A stretch of DNA of 64,000 nucleotides, taken from the NCBI GenBank assembly GCA_053919585.1, contig CM132822.1. The stretch is one strand, 5' to 3'. The position numbers and the translations under genes were made by a program. The DNA is from Euprymna scolopes (lineage: Eukaryota). Under the pieces are notes generated by a model, which worked only from the letters and a program-made list of their open reading frames with translations, was not told the DNA's origin and did no database searches. Of the stretch, positions 1 to 13,660 are shown piece by piece (position 1 is the stretch's first letter; the number at the start of each line of letters is the position of its first letter).

Positions 1-121
1 ATGGGGCATCGTCCTCATCTTGAGAATCGCCATCCCATGTGGGGGCGAATGTAACACCAAAGAGAGGCAGCGTGAAATCGTCAGTGACCATTAACTTTTA
101 GTTAAGACACAGGAGTATTAG

Positions 122-1962
122 TTGGGAGAACCTCTTTGGTGTTACACTATCGCTCAAAGGCAGCATGCATTCTACAGGTTTATCCGACATAAATTCAACA
201 CAAATATGCAAAAGTTTGTAGAATCTAGAAATAATTGTAAGAAAGAAATAGCTGCAGCCAAGAGAAGGTATTCCAAAGTCATCAGAAAATGCATAGAGTC
301 GCAGAAATTAGGAACTCATGATTTATGGAAAATTTATAACAGTGTAGCAAATAATGGACAATTGGCAATTCCCCCACTATCCAACAACCTTGAGCTTGTT
401 TGCACAGCAAATGAAAAGGCAAATTTGCTTGCTCAACGTTTTCCCTCCAACTCTACTTTAGACCCAGCAGGCCACCCACTCCCAAATTTCCCTTTGCAGA
501 CAGTAGCCACACTCGATAACCTGAAAATCACCCATTCCCTTGTTCATGATACTATAATAAATCTTGACACTTCAAAGGCATGTGGGCTTGATCTTATCTT
601 TGCTATACTACTAAAAAAAATGCTCCGCTGAGGTTGCTCCAGTTCTCTCCAAGCTCTACAATAAATGCCTTAACAAATCTTGCTTTCCTGACTGCTAGAA
701 AATTGCTTCTGTAGTACCAACTTACAAGAATTGACGAAAGAACTGACACACTCAATTATTGCCCCATTAGCCTTGTCCCTCTCTTCACCAAAATCTTTGA
801 GTCCTTAATCAAGCAAGCACTAGTCTGCCACCTCACAGACAATAAACTTTTATCCAACCGACAGTATGGATTTAGACAAGCCCATTCCACTGCAGATATC
901 CTAACTATAATCTCCGAATTTATATACCAAATACTGGATAAGGCAGGAGAAGCTAGGTCAGTAGCTCTAGACATATTGAAGTCATTTGACAAGGTTTGGC
1001 ATGATGAATTGTATATTATTGCTGAATATATACTTAACATGATCAAATCCTTCTTAGATAAGAGAAAAATCCAGGTTGTCTTTGATGGTTGTACATCAAA
1101 ACAACATGAAATATAATGCGAATGTGCCACACGGGTCAATCCTTGAGCCTTTATTATTCCTGATATTCATTAATGACCTCCCTGATAGAATTTTCTCTGA
1201 GATGGGGATATTTGCTGATGACACTACACTCTATGACAGACACGAGGGTAAAACTAATGAACTCATATCTAAGGAAATTGCTAAAACTCTAGAGGAATAC
1301 CTCCAGTCTATAATGGAAAGAGGCCACAACTGGTTGATAACGTTCAATGCTGCCAAGACTAAGCTCATTTCATTTTATAATTACAAGAAACCTTCTCAAC
1401 CACTGATTACCATGGCTAATGATACACTGGCTGAAAGTACTTCCCTTCAAGCTCCGACAGACAACATGACTTGGAACAAATACATTGAGGCAATTGCCAA
1501 GGCTGCTGTGAGGAAGGTGGGCTCTCTCTACCATGCTAAAAGGCTACTCACACCTGAGAGTATTGTATTTCTATACAAGGCCATGGTTCGTCCATACATG
1601 GAGTATTGTTGCCACATCTAAACTGGTATATCTGCCACTAGTCCCTCACTCCTAGACAGGGTTCAAAAGAGAGTCACAATCTAAGAGGTCCTGAACTATC
1701 ATCTAAACTCCAACCTCTGTTTCATCACCAAAACGTGGCATTCTTGTGCCTGTTTTACAAGTATTTCAATGGCAAATGCTTTGACGAACTCCGAGCACTA
1801 GTACCCCCTCAATGACAATACGCTCGACAAACCCGACAGTAGCAAAATCCCACCCCTACACTGTAGAGATCCCTAGATGCTGTAAAGACTTCTACTCAAA
1901 TAGCTTTTTCCCTTGAACCGCTGAACTTTGGAATTCCCTCCTGGACCCCTGCTTCCCTGTTT
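122..1962 (+). mobile_element. Degenerate CR1-group (Zenon-like) LINE ORF2, reverse transcriptase region
   Basis: ORF pieces 122-631 and 1076-1621 contain KACGLDLI, QYGFRQAHST, VPHGSIL-PLLFLIFINDLP, IFADDTTLY and RPYMEYCCHI. Multiple stops and frameshifts. Confidence 0.9.
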
Positions 1963-2129
1963 CACAAATAATATATTTTCTAAATAAAATAATTATTGTG
2001 TTGGCCGAAAAAAATAAGTTTAAACAAAAGAAAAATTGTATTAAATATTTAATCAATCATGAATAATAGATTTTGATACCTTAATGCAGAAATTCAAGTG
2101 TAATGTGAACAGACATCTCACTGCCCAAT

Positions 2130-2440
2130 TCCATAAATAGTATCCCTACAAATCTGGTCCCAAATAGTAGCCCCTCACGAATAAGTGGCCTTGTTTGGAC
2201 GACTTCTTCTTGGGGGATGACATTCTCAGATTGTTACAGTCATTACCATCTGACTGCAAGGAAACACAGCGTGAGTCCACACCATTCACTTCCTGATGGA
2301 TCTCAACCTTCTCCTTCTCACAACCAATATTGCCCACTGGCAGGGAACACAACGCAGGTCTAAGATTAACTCTTATCCTTGAATGGTATTGAGGCCTTGA
2401 TAAGTGGTGACTCTCAAGTAAAACAAAAAAAAAAGAAGAA
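2130..2440 (+). mobile_element. Short CR1/Zenon-derived element ending in the family 3' tail and poly(A)
   Basis: 2371-2440 cttatccttgaatggtattgaggccttgataagtg...A-rich matches the 3' ends at 53330-53397, 39185-39235 (-) and 41935-41990 (-). Confidence 0.6.
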
Positions 2441-3099
2441 AACAGAGAAAAAAGTTACTTTCATACATGTGGGAGAGAGAAATACAGACAGATAGATACA
2501 TAGCTCGTCCTGCAATACCTAGTTACATTATGAAACTCCCCCACCCTCATCATTAGGACAGCACATGGACATCTTTCCTGTTTGAACTCTCACTAGCTAA
2601 GAGATCGAATATCTTTGTCTGAAAGTCACATACTTTTGTCGACTTCCATCTGAGATAACCTCTGAATCTTAGGTGTCACTTGAACCTTTCCATTCAAACA
2701 TGTCCCTAGCTGTGTGACAGTATCACACAGAAACCCTGATTTGGGTTGGGTTACACATCATTTAAAAATTGCAGTCTTCATTGATGGTGTGTAACCTTAG
2801 TTATTTTTCAACCAACTCATACACATGACAGATGTGTTTAAGCTTATGTCATTGTTTAAAATGTTTCTTTATAGCAAGGATTTACTATACTTCACTGCAT
2901 TTGCTTTGAGATTAATTGCATCAGGCTGCCCAGAAAATACATGCTAATTTTTGTCATCAAGTTTTACTAAATGCTCACGAATGAGGCTCCAAAATGAAAA
3001 TATTTTTTAGCTTTCTTTCACAAGAGATAATTGGTGTGTTTTTTAATCAAAAAGTTTTCTATATTTGTCAATAATATTTTTTTTGTTGCATTTTCACCC

Positions 3100-3985
3100 T
3101 AAAAAAGGCACAGTGCCACTTTTATATAGGGAGTTACTATCAGGACATGAATTGCAGGGATACTATGTAGGGAAATGAGTAGCAAGATGTCTGTTTACAT
3201 TACACATAAACTTCTGCATGTCAGTACAGTTGGTGAAGCAGAACCCTGAAAGGAATTCCAAAGTTTAGCAATTCTGGGGAAGAAACTATTAGAATAGAAG
3301 GGTATCTGACATCCGGGGATCTCTACTATGTAGGGGTGGGATTTTTCTGCTTGTCAGGTTTGTCGGAGGTATTTATGCTGAAGGCTTGTAGTTCGTTGGG
3401 GCATCCACCATTAAAATACTAGTAAAACAGGTAGAGGCATGCGACATCTCGTTCATGGGACAAAGGTCGAAACCTAGCTGACAGTTCAGGACCTATTAGG
3501 TTGGCGACTCTTTTGAAGCCTATTCAGGAGTGAGAGCTGCACCAACCGAAATGTGACGACAATACTCCATACATGGGCGAATGGTGGCCTTGTAGAGGTA
3601 CAAGATACTTTCAGGCGTAACTAACTTTCTAGCACGGTAGAGAGAGCCCACCTTCCTCACAGCAGTCACAGCAATGCCTTCAATGTATCTGTTCCAACTT
3701 ATGTTCGCTGTGAAGCCAAGGAATTTGAACGAAGTACTTTCAGGTAATGTATCATTAGCCATAGCAATTGGTGGTTGAGAAGGTTTCTTGTAATTATTAA
3801 AGGAAAGGAGCTCAGTCTTGGCAGCATTGAATGTCACCATCCATTTTTGTTGCCATTCCATTACAGACTGGAGGTTTTCCTCTAAGGTTTCCGCCATTGC
3901 TTTGGATATGTGTTCATTCATCCCTCCCCTTCCCCGTGCCTTTTTTCAGGAATAATAAAGGTCCAAGGATCGATCCCTAGACTAC
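3100..3985 (-). mobile_element. 5'-truncated CR1/Zenon-like LINE (RT C-terminus and 3' UTR)
   Basis: ORF 3520-3921 (VTFNAAKT...RPCMEYCRHI) is closely similar to 1076-1621, in the opposite orientation. Confidence 0.88.
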
Positions 3986-6242
3986 ACTCTTATGTCTTAA
4001 TGTGTCGAATCATGAATTATTAAAAATCAATGCAAATTTTCCAGACAACTTAATGTATTTAAGATGCACAAGTAAATCTTCATTTTTTTTTACATCATTT
4101 AAAACGTTTTTTATTAAGTGTGAATGAGCGCCATGTATTAACTTGAAGTTTGAATATAAGAAAAGCAATTTAGCTTCTAATATGCATGGAAACTCTAAAT
4201 AAATAAGAGAAATTCTCGTTCGTAGACAAATGTATTATTTCACAAATAGTACCAGTGTATTTCCTAAATAAAATAATTATTGTGTTGCCCGAAAAATGCG
4301 AATTTAAACAAACAAACAAAAAAAAAATGACATTAAATATTTAATCAATCATGAATGATAGGTTTTGATACCTTAAGCATTTCTGCTAGTTCTCGTGTTG
4401 TGTAACGTGACTTATACTCAATATCTTGCTTTGCTTGTCACATGTAGAGGGTGGGATGCCTCAGCATTTTTCATCCTTACGATTAAAATCTCCAGTTCTA
4501 AATTATGTAAACCGCTTTTGTACAGTTCCGTCAGCTAAAACATCATCATCATCATCATCGTACACTGCACATATATTTTTGTTGTTGTCTGTGAAGTATT
4601 TTTGCCTTTATGGGAATAAAAACAAAGCATCAAGTGCCTAAAATAAGATTTACAATTTTCCACGCAAAATAATTTTTAACTTTCTTTCTCAATAAATGGC
4701 TTGAAGCAGGATCTAGCCGGAAATGTAAGTGCACAAAATCTGTAAATAATTTAACATGTTCTAACGTGTTGAAACGTGAAATACAAAAACTACAAATTTT
4801 TTGGACAACCTCATATTTTCATTTGACTGAAGAATTATATTATATAGATAAATTTGTTGAAGTGAAAGCCAATCAAAACCTTTGGCAAAGCAATGCAAAT
4901 TATTGAATTATTTAGCCCAGATAACCGGATTGAATTTCAAAATAGTCTACTCCACGTATCCCGATTGTAAACTCCTTGAAAGAACACATTTCGCTGGCAA
5001 ATACTTTTGTTTATAATTGTATTGTTTTACTACAAATAAAAGAAATCGTATTTTATAAGATGAATGAAAATTTGACCTTGCTTGGAATTGTACAATGAAA
5101 ACTGCTGTCATTTTTAACTCATTTCACAGCATTATATTACTTCCCCTACCACGTTTTACCTCCTAATCCAACTGGAAAAAAAACTGCTAAAATGTGTGAC
5201 ATGTAGTGTTAAAGTCTATACGAGAACAAGTGGAACGAAATGAGCTCAATATTGTCTCAGCATGTTTAAGGTTGTTCTTCTGAAAAAAATATGTTAAATA
5301 CAAAATATTTTCTTTGCACATAATCCATGAAAAACAAACAAATGATAAAAGAATCTACACAACGTTTTCTCCTCTTTAAAATGGCCACTTCTTACAATGT
5401 CTGTGATTAGTCAAAGAAACAACCAATCTTTGTCTGGTTAACGAATTCTGCCAGGATTACGTGCCTGTGAAATTTCGTGCTTTCTCCCTCTTTTGCCATG
5501 AAGTGAACACCTGCTATCCCCACCTTCAACACAGCAGGATGCGTGCAGAGGTTCGTATCAGCATTAACAGCATGCAAGATGAAGATCTCTATTTTTCATT
5601 TTTATTATGATTTTCAAATTGTTTGTGTCCCCTTTCTCGTTATCAGAATATACTTTATACCATATATCTAATTAGGAAAATCCCAATAATAGCTTTTAAT
5701 ATTTTTCTCTCAAGAGTGATTCTATAGTGGCATTTATTAGTACAGATAACAAACCGAAAAAGTGGTCTAGAAACAAAATATAATAACTAAATCTTACCGA
5801 ATGCAAGGTAAGTTACTCTTTTACCTACCTGGATAATTTTTTGTGATTTAACTTATTTTAAAGCATTTATTTACTTCAAAACACAAGTAGTGCCAGGTTC
5901 TTAAATTAGAACTACAACAAAATAGTGGACATGAGGTTGTCATTTGTAGTCTCGATAATCACTCGAAAATCAAAATAAAACAAAATAATGATAGAAACGC
6001 ACTCAATAAATGTCACTTTTGATGTAGTATAGAGATTACAATTGATAATTTATGCAAATGGATTTTTCACTTTTATGATCATCAGAGATTGTGCTTTTCC
6101 TTTTACAGATGTGGATGAAAAAATTGTGTTGCGTACTTAGCCTTGTGTCATACATGTAAAAACAAGTTGATGTAATCTGTTTGCTAGTCGTTTTGTGCAT
6201 GTAGCAAACCAGGAAAATGCTCAGCTCAAAGTCTGCAGCAAA

Positions 6243-6299
<57 letters not shown>

Positions 6300-6736
6300 G
6301 ATATATTACTCAGTGCACCATACCAAGAAGATGAAAATAAGACAAACATTTTCTTCAGTGATACTTTTTATTTTCTTATATATGCGTAAATTATTGGGTA
6401 GGTGTTCTACTTTTGGTTTTATGTTACATAAGACTGTGGATTATAGTGGCTTTAAAAGTAATGAAAGAAATTTTTAAATGTGACTTAAATTTGATTATAA
6501 AAATAATAACTTGAAAATATAAACAAATTATGACAATGTCATTGCGTTGTCAAATTTTTCTGAAGATGTGGTTTACCTTGAAAATTCAAAGAACATAACA
6601 CCATGATACCATCATGGTTGAACACATTACGTTGGTAAATAATTAATGATGTAAAATTATTGAAATCTTTCAACATCGTTATTGATTCTGTTTATCTTGT
6701 CTCTTATCCAGTGGTATTTTTCTACCAAACGGCATT

Positions 6737-7249
6737 GTCATAATCTTCAAACATCATCATAACCTTCAAACATCATTATACCATTCAAACATCATTATAC
6801 CTTCAAACATCATTATAACCTTCAAACATCATCATAACTTTCAAACATCATTATAACCTTCAAACATCATTATAACTTTCAAACATCATCATAATCTTCA
6901 AACATCATCATAACTTTCAAACATCATCATAACTTTCAAACATCATCATAACCTTCAAACATCATCATAACTTTCAAACATCATCATAACCTTCAAACAT
7001 CATCATAACTTTCAAAGATCATCATAACTTTCAAACATCATCATAACTTTCAAACATCATCATAACCTTCAAACATCATTATAACCTTCAAACATCATCA
7101 TAACTTTCAAACATCATCATAACTTTCAAACATCATCATAATCTTCAAACATCATCATAACTTTCAAACATCATCATAACTTTCAAACATCATCATAACC
7201 TTCAAACATCATCATAACCTTCAAACATCATCATAACTTTCAAACATAA
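6737..7249. repeat. 19-bp minisatellite (ATAAC(C/T)TTCAAACATCATC)n, about 27 copies
   Basis: Directly visible tandem array. Confidence 0.97.
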
Positions 7250-7602
7250 CTCCTTATACCCAATGCACAATGCTTTAAGCAAACGACAACATCCTTCGCA
7301 TATATGTGGCACAATGATAAGAACCCTTTTGTGGAAGATAGAGTTTCCCACAATTAGAGGGTCTTGTACTTGACTTTTATGATTCTTGTGGGAAGACACA
7401 TAGAATCGAAAAGGTGCCATTAAAACATGGTGAGGACAACTTGATGGCAAAAAATATGTCAATCAGATTTGATTCTGGCTGAGTTCGACAGATGTTTATA
7501 AAATCAACGATGGTAGGTGCATTGAATGAAACAAAGGTCAAATCAACTTGGGTGAGATCTGTAAATGTAATAATATTTCTCTGTTCTTTTTGGTCATATG
7601 GA

Positions 7603-7654
<52 letters not shown>

Positions 7655-8895
7655 AAAAATATGAAACTGTTGATAAATTGTAAATGATTACAATATCATT
7701 ACATCTTCGGTAGTATCACGGTAATTTTACATGAACCGAGTTACGTTCTAATTGCTGTACAACCAGTTTGTTGTAGCAAAGTGCGGTCATAGGTCAACTA
7801 CAACAATCTCTATGTGATATCGGAGGGGGGGGAGATTGGGAACGTAATTAAAGAATAAATGCTAATCATAAAATAAGAATTTATAATTAGACAAAACTAT
7901 TTCCCTGAGGTGTGTGACCATAAACGCTAGATTATTTAACTTACAGGAAGTCCAGCACCGAATCTTAAAAGATTATTACAGAACAAAAATATACCATTTA
8001 GATCCACACTTCAATATCCTTTCATGATCTTTCAAGATTTTTGTGTCATCAAAGTTTCAGTTATTTTTATTATTCATTTTTTATTTATTATTATCATTTT
8101 TTTTATATTTATCTTTTTTTATTTATTATTATTTATTTTCAATTATTTTTTTATTATTCATTTTTTATTTATTATTCTTGTCCATCCGCATAGTCCAGGA
8201 TTCAATAATGTCAGTTAAATGTAAAATAATAATAATGTGTGAGTCATGAACAACTGGAAATAGAATGCTCAAAATGTAAAAGAGATAACTATTTTTACCT
8301 TCAAACTTAAATGGGAGTTATCTCCCTTACATTTTCAGCTTTTTAGGTCATTAGTTAAAATTGTCTCCATTGTAATAATCTTCTCTGTCGGAATAATTAT
8401 TTTAGAAAAGAAACAGAAATAAATTACATATTTTACTATAAAAATATGCTGCAAAGATAAAAAAGTAAAAAATTGCTAATTAGAATCAAATATCGATTTG
8501 TCATATTTATTGCTATTTAGGTTTGGTTTGGTTTGGTTCGGTTGTTTCGTTTTATGCGATATCAACTCTTTTCAGGTTATTTGATGACAGATACGGTCAT
8601 TTTGGTAAAAGTTTTTATGCTTCAAATTCTTTATATCTTCAAATATTTATCAGAGTATTTAGTTTGGTTCTTTTATAGACGAAAATTGTTCTTTTTTGTT
8701 TTTGCAAAATATGATTGAGTTTTTCAAAGCAAAAGTAAAAAAAAAAAAAAAAGAAAACAGCAACATCAATGTTTGGTGCATTTTAAATTAGGAAGCCAGT
8801 ATCTTCAGACAGCCTTATCTGTTAGCACCAGGTTGCTATTGAAGTTCAATATAGAAAATTTGATGAGATAACTTTATATAATAGATTACTATATT

Positions 8896-10037
8896 CTATT
8901 TATTTTCATTTCCAGAATCATTTAGATCCGAACCTGCAAATTTCTTGGATTCATTTTCGTTTAGCTCACTTAATGATGCTTCATTTACATTTTTTTCAGA
9001 CAAGCTTCTGACTTTTCCATTTTTTTCTGAAGTAGCATCAAAACTGAAATCTGCAGACTGTCTAACTCGGCTACCGTAAGCCGTCTTTGGTCGTATAGAT
9101 TTTTTCTGCGGAGATGATTCTTCTTCTTTTGGTTTTAAATCCGTACCATTTTTTTGCAAGCTACTCTCGTCCTCATCCTCTTTTGCAGAATATTCTTTAT
9201 CGGCTGCGGAATAAAAACTTTCTTCACCTTTTCCAATCTTCTTATGGAACCTAATACTGGCGTCATTATCGCTTTTAAAATCTGCACAGTTATTAACAAC
9301 TTTTCTACATCCAACTTTCCCTGTTTGTCTTGTCCAAGCATCATAACTCAAAGTGCTTTCCATGTGTTTAAAATGTTCACTTTTAACTGATGCTTTATTT
9401 TCTTTATTCTTTTTTATTTGATCCTGTAATGGTTTTAAGTGTCCTTTCACCTTTGCTGGGTTACTGGACAACGTTTGAGTGGAATTCTGTTCGCCATTTT
9501 TAGATTCAGCTCTGTCTTCTACAATTATATCCCTACGAAGACCTGATTTTGTTTTTCTCATCTCCAATTTTTTTTCACGATTTTTTTTTTCTTCCGATGA
9601 ACTTAATTGGTACTCTTTTAGTTTCTGCTGCATCCAATTATAAACTGCTTGTTGTGACTGAAGTCTGCGCTCAGCTCTCAATAGGGTCTCTTGTCGTTTT
9701 GTCTCTTTCTGTAACTGTCTCTGGGCTCTCTCTTCTCTTTTCTGCTTAAAAAACATATGGTTCTTTCCTTGCAGCCATTTCAAGATATCCGGGTTGCTAT
9801 TCTGTCCATGCCGGTGATCAACATAGCGAGCAGAAGACAAAGAAGAGTTGCCCAATGGAGGATGATCGTTTAATGTCTGACTAGAATTTTTACCACTTTG
9901 CTGTGAACTTCTCTGGTTTGATTTGGAAGGAGATCTTGAACGCATCGAACATTTAGTTGTCCTGACTTTCTCAAATCTGGAATCATCTCTGACAGACAGG
10001 ACAGAACGAGGCATCACATAAGTCCGTTTCACAAAAC
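8896..10037 (-). CDS. Probable terminal coding exon of an uncharacterised Ser/Lys/Glu-rich coiled-coil protein (WxxxK helical motifs)
   Basis: 386-codon open frame in AT-rich DNA. Acceptor ...tatttatcttcAG at 10038-10039, phase 1. Stop at 8896. Motifs ILKWLQGK, AVYNWMQQKLKE, LSYDAW, RPKTA. Confidence 0.75.
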
Positions 10038-11620
10038 CTGAAGATAAATATAGCAAATTAAGAACATAGAATTTATTTTAAATATAAATTTAAAGATAAA
10101 TATAGCAAATTAAGAACATAGAATTTATTTTAAATACGAAAAAAAAAAAAAAATTTTTATAAATTAAAAAAACAGATTATTTTTCCAATATATACCTCTT
10201 CGGCAAGTAAAAAAAAAATAAATAAATAAAAGTTTATTTTTATTTTTATTTGTGACTCCAAATAGTGATCATTGTGACCTCTTATTGCGTTCTTTTCATT
10301 TCTGGCATCAGAGAAATTAAAAATTAAAATCTAAAAAATGTTAAAATTAAAGATTAAAAAAATAAAAAATATATCCACTAGCCTCCAGCCAAAAAAAGGA
10401 AAAGGAAACGAAGATAAGAGTAAATTAATAATGGAATTAATTATTGTCAGTATCCCACAATAAATCATGGAAAGACTGTAAATACAAAACCCGTCAGGCT
10501 TATTTTTCCCTTTAAAAATAAATTGTATGGTATAAGGGAGATAAGCAATTAAAAAAAACTAGCAGATTAGTTTTTCCAGAAATTATCCTGAGGAAGGGAG
10601 GAAATTTACTCAGGTGAACTGTATAGTTTAATTTGGACTCCAATATATTTGTCCAAATTATTCATTGAACTATGCCTTGCATGTTTTCTTTCACTGGCTC
10701 TTAGTCAATAGATCTTATTAACAAAATATTTTTTAACTTATTTTTTGGATCTTTTCTACTCGTAAGTTTTTAGGAAAAAAAAGAGTTTAATTAATTAAAT
10801 TAGTTAATATGTTCAAAAAAAGTAAATTTCTTTATTATATTTTTATTTTTATATTTAATATATTTATTACATTTATTATTAATACTATTATGATTAATTT
10901 TTAATTAATTTTTATAAATTAAAATTTGTTAAATTTGTTTTATTTCATATTTAATTACTTTTAATTGTTTAATTTTTCATTATATTTCTAATTGATTTAA
11001 TTTATTGCATTTAATATATTTTAATATATTGTATTTAATATATTTTAATATTTATTATTCGTTTCGAATTAATAAAATTGATATTTTTAATTTTAATTCC
11101 AAACCCAGAGGTTCTTGGAATATTTACCCTCCTTAAATCATAAAATTTATTTATAAACGTGGAAATAAGCTTGGCAGTTTTTTGGTTTACTTCTGGCAGA
11201 GTAGTCGTTGCATGATTCATTTTCTTGAACTCATTCAGAGATCACAATGACCGTTATATAAATTCACAGATTAAAAAAAAAAATAAATAAATAAATAAAT
11301 AAATAAAAGAGATAAACTTTTTTTTTTGCTTCACGAATGACGTATATATTGGCATAATTTGCAGAGAGAAATGCCGACATGATAAATAAATAACAATAAA
11401 TGAAGATAGAGCATTGAAATATCGTAAAAAAAAAATGTGGAACAAACATAAACAGAGGCTGAAAAGACCACTACAGGTTTCCTTTGTTTGGCTTTGAAAC
11501 TGACAGTACGAATGTTGTTCTGACCTGTTGTAATATATATATTTAATAATTGGAACAGTATTCAAATATATAAGCATATAATACAAAGTTCTTTTATATA
11601 GCTCAATAGTGCAATACTAG

Positions 11621-11702
11621 AGCTGTAATGTTACGACCCTTTGGGCTGTGATCATAGCATAGTATCTGTGTACACTGTGGCAAGCAGGGCCAAGGGTTAA
11701 AA

Positions 11703-11748
<46 letters not shown>

Positions 11749-12388
11749 TGATTTGAGTGACGGCTGGTTGCTGAATCAATTATTATGATTAGAAGAATAA
11801 ACAATTAAATTGGGGAAAAATGATTGACATATAAATCGCAAAAGGAATGTGAAAAAAGAAAATAGATGTAAACATTGTTTTTGGGTTTGCATAAACAAAT
11901 AACTAGATTGGGGTTACATTAGGTTGGTCTGAAACACGTAATGATATGACATAAAGAAACACGTGATGTATGTAGATTTCGGGAAATTCTAGTGGGTTGT
12001 TAGCTGGACATTGGAGAGAACAGATGACCAAGATGATGTGAGAAGTAGCGTCACTTCGGACAACCAAGATGTAAAGAATGTGTAATCTCTGAAAATGCCG
12101 GCCAGATTATAATAATAAATGTTCATAAATAATTCAAGTATGTGTTGTGTTATTTACATTTGTTAAAAAAAGAACTGTTGGTCTACAACTGTTTCGATAC
12201 GTCCACGTCAATCCTTTCCTGTTAGAACTGTTCCATAAATGTTAAAATATACACATTAGGCGATCAACTAAATAATGATAATAATAAAAATAATAATAAT
12301 AATGTGTCGACCTTTGGCCCTGCTTGCCACAGTTAACACAGATACTATGCTATGATCACAGCCCAAAAGGTCATAACGTTACAGAGCT
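11621..12388. mobile_element. Element bounded by ~80-bp inverted repeats, each running inward into (ATT)n
   Basis: 11621-11704 (ctgtaatgttacgaccctttgggctgtgatcatagcatagtatctgtg...ggcaagcagggccaa) is the reverse complement of 12302-12388. Confidence 0.7.
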
Positions 12389-12570
12389 TTAAATATTTAG
12401 TGTACTGATTTATCAGGAATAGTCACCCATTTTATTGTTCATTTCAAAAAGTTAAGGCTTTATTGGCATTCAATTATTTTGGCCTACATGGTTTTAAATA
12501 CATGGTTTTAAATACATGGTTTTAAATACATGGTTAGAATTTTTTTTTATATATATATGAGAGAGAGAGA

Positions 12571-12610
<40 letters not shown>

Positions 12611-13434
12611 CAGACAAACAGACAGACAGAGATAGAGGGAGAATACTCATCTCAGGACGAGTAAAATAAATTCCCCAAACATTAGTGTTTTACACAATTT
12701 TTATGCCCCCTTATAAAAATTAAAATCAAGATATGATGAAACTAAAGAATCCGTATCCCAATTTTGATCAAAATCTAATTCATGATTTTGATTCTAAAAA
12801 ATGTCTAAAAATTAAGATTTAAGCTTAAGGAGGCTTAAGAAGAAACTGAAATTCAAGTAATCTTGCTTAATTGATGCCTAATAATTATTGATCAAATTTA
12901 ACGCAAATCTGAAATATTTCAATGTTCAAATAGGAGGTTGTGGTCATATTTATATCCTCTAAAACACTTAACATACTCCAAAGCAGCTGAACTTATTTTC
13001 AATATGGCAGAGCTGTGGCAACGAACTACTCAAGACAGATTGGTCTGACACTCAGGGGTGTTTAGGATGTAGCCTCATTAAATTGACTGCGTAAATCCAA
13101 AGACATCTGCATGAGGATTTGGTGGTTTCTAATTATTCTCGTGTTTGCGGAAAATATATGGTGTTCAGTCATCTATTGCAATGCAGAGTCAGGTTAACAA
13201 TGTCATACTGGCATGAAAGCGCCAATCAATACCTGCAACAACATTGCTTGAAGTGTTGGAGTAACTGTTGGTCCTTGTTGCCCTCAGCATCGAAGATAAC
13301 CTAACATCCTTCTGTAAAGTAAAATGCTCTGAATCTGCAAAAAGAACTTTCATTAAAAGCAAATGAAAACAACATCTCCATGTTCAACACAGCATTCAGA
13401 TCCAACTCACTAAACAACAACATTAATAATAGCA

Positions 13435-13660
13435 GCAGCACGGTGGTCAAGTGATCAACGAGATAGACTGACAACCTGGGTGTCCCAAGTTCGAATCCAG
13501 TTAATTCCACAAAACTGTGTTTCACTTAAGGATGTTGGCAACCTTCACATGGTCCCTCCCGTAAGTACTTGATATCATTCTAGAAAGAATTCCTGATAGA
13601 AAGATATTGTGGAAATGAATGCTAATAAATTAATCATTATGAATAATGCTGCTGCTGCTG
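13435..13660 (+). mobile_element. tRNA-derived SINE with trinucleotide tail
   Basis: A-box TGGTCAAGTGA and B-box AGTTCGAATCC. The body recurs at 14275-14455 (+), 54445-54670 (-) and 54705-54820 (-). Confidence 0.75.

Larger units (their letters stand above)
1968..4376 (+). repeat. Dispersed ~120-bp direct repeat (1968-2084 and 4255-4376) ending in GATACCTTAA
   Basis: Shared ctaaataaaataattattgtgttg...atttaatcaatcatgaat...ttttgataccttaa. Possibly the terminus of a TTAA-type DNA transposon. Confidence 0.6.

Noticed and set aside
1-60. HDV-like ribozyme (cgtcctcatc...ggcgaat)
   Set aside because: P2 has only ~3 bp, there is no GG for P1.1, and the 5' part is cut off by the window edge.
6737-7249. 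Regular short repeats as a CRISPR or coding repeat
   Set aside because: Head-to-tail 19-mer with no spacers, in a eukaryotic context.
8024-8249. Hydrophobic F/I/L-rich short ORFs (also 36583, 37218 and 44412)
   Set aside because: Translations of low-complexity T-rich or A-rich DNA with no splice or homology support.
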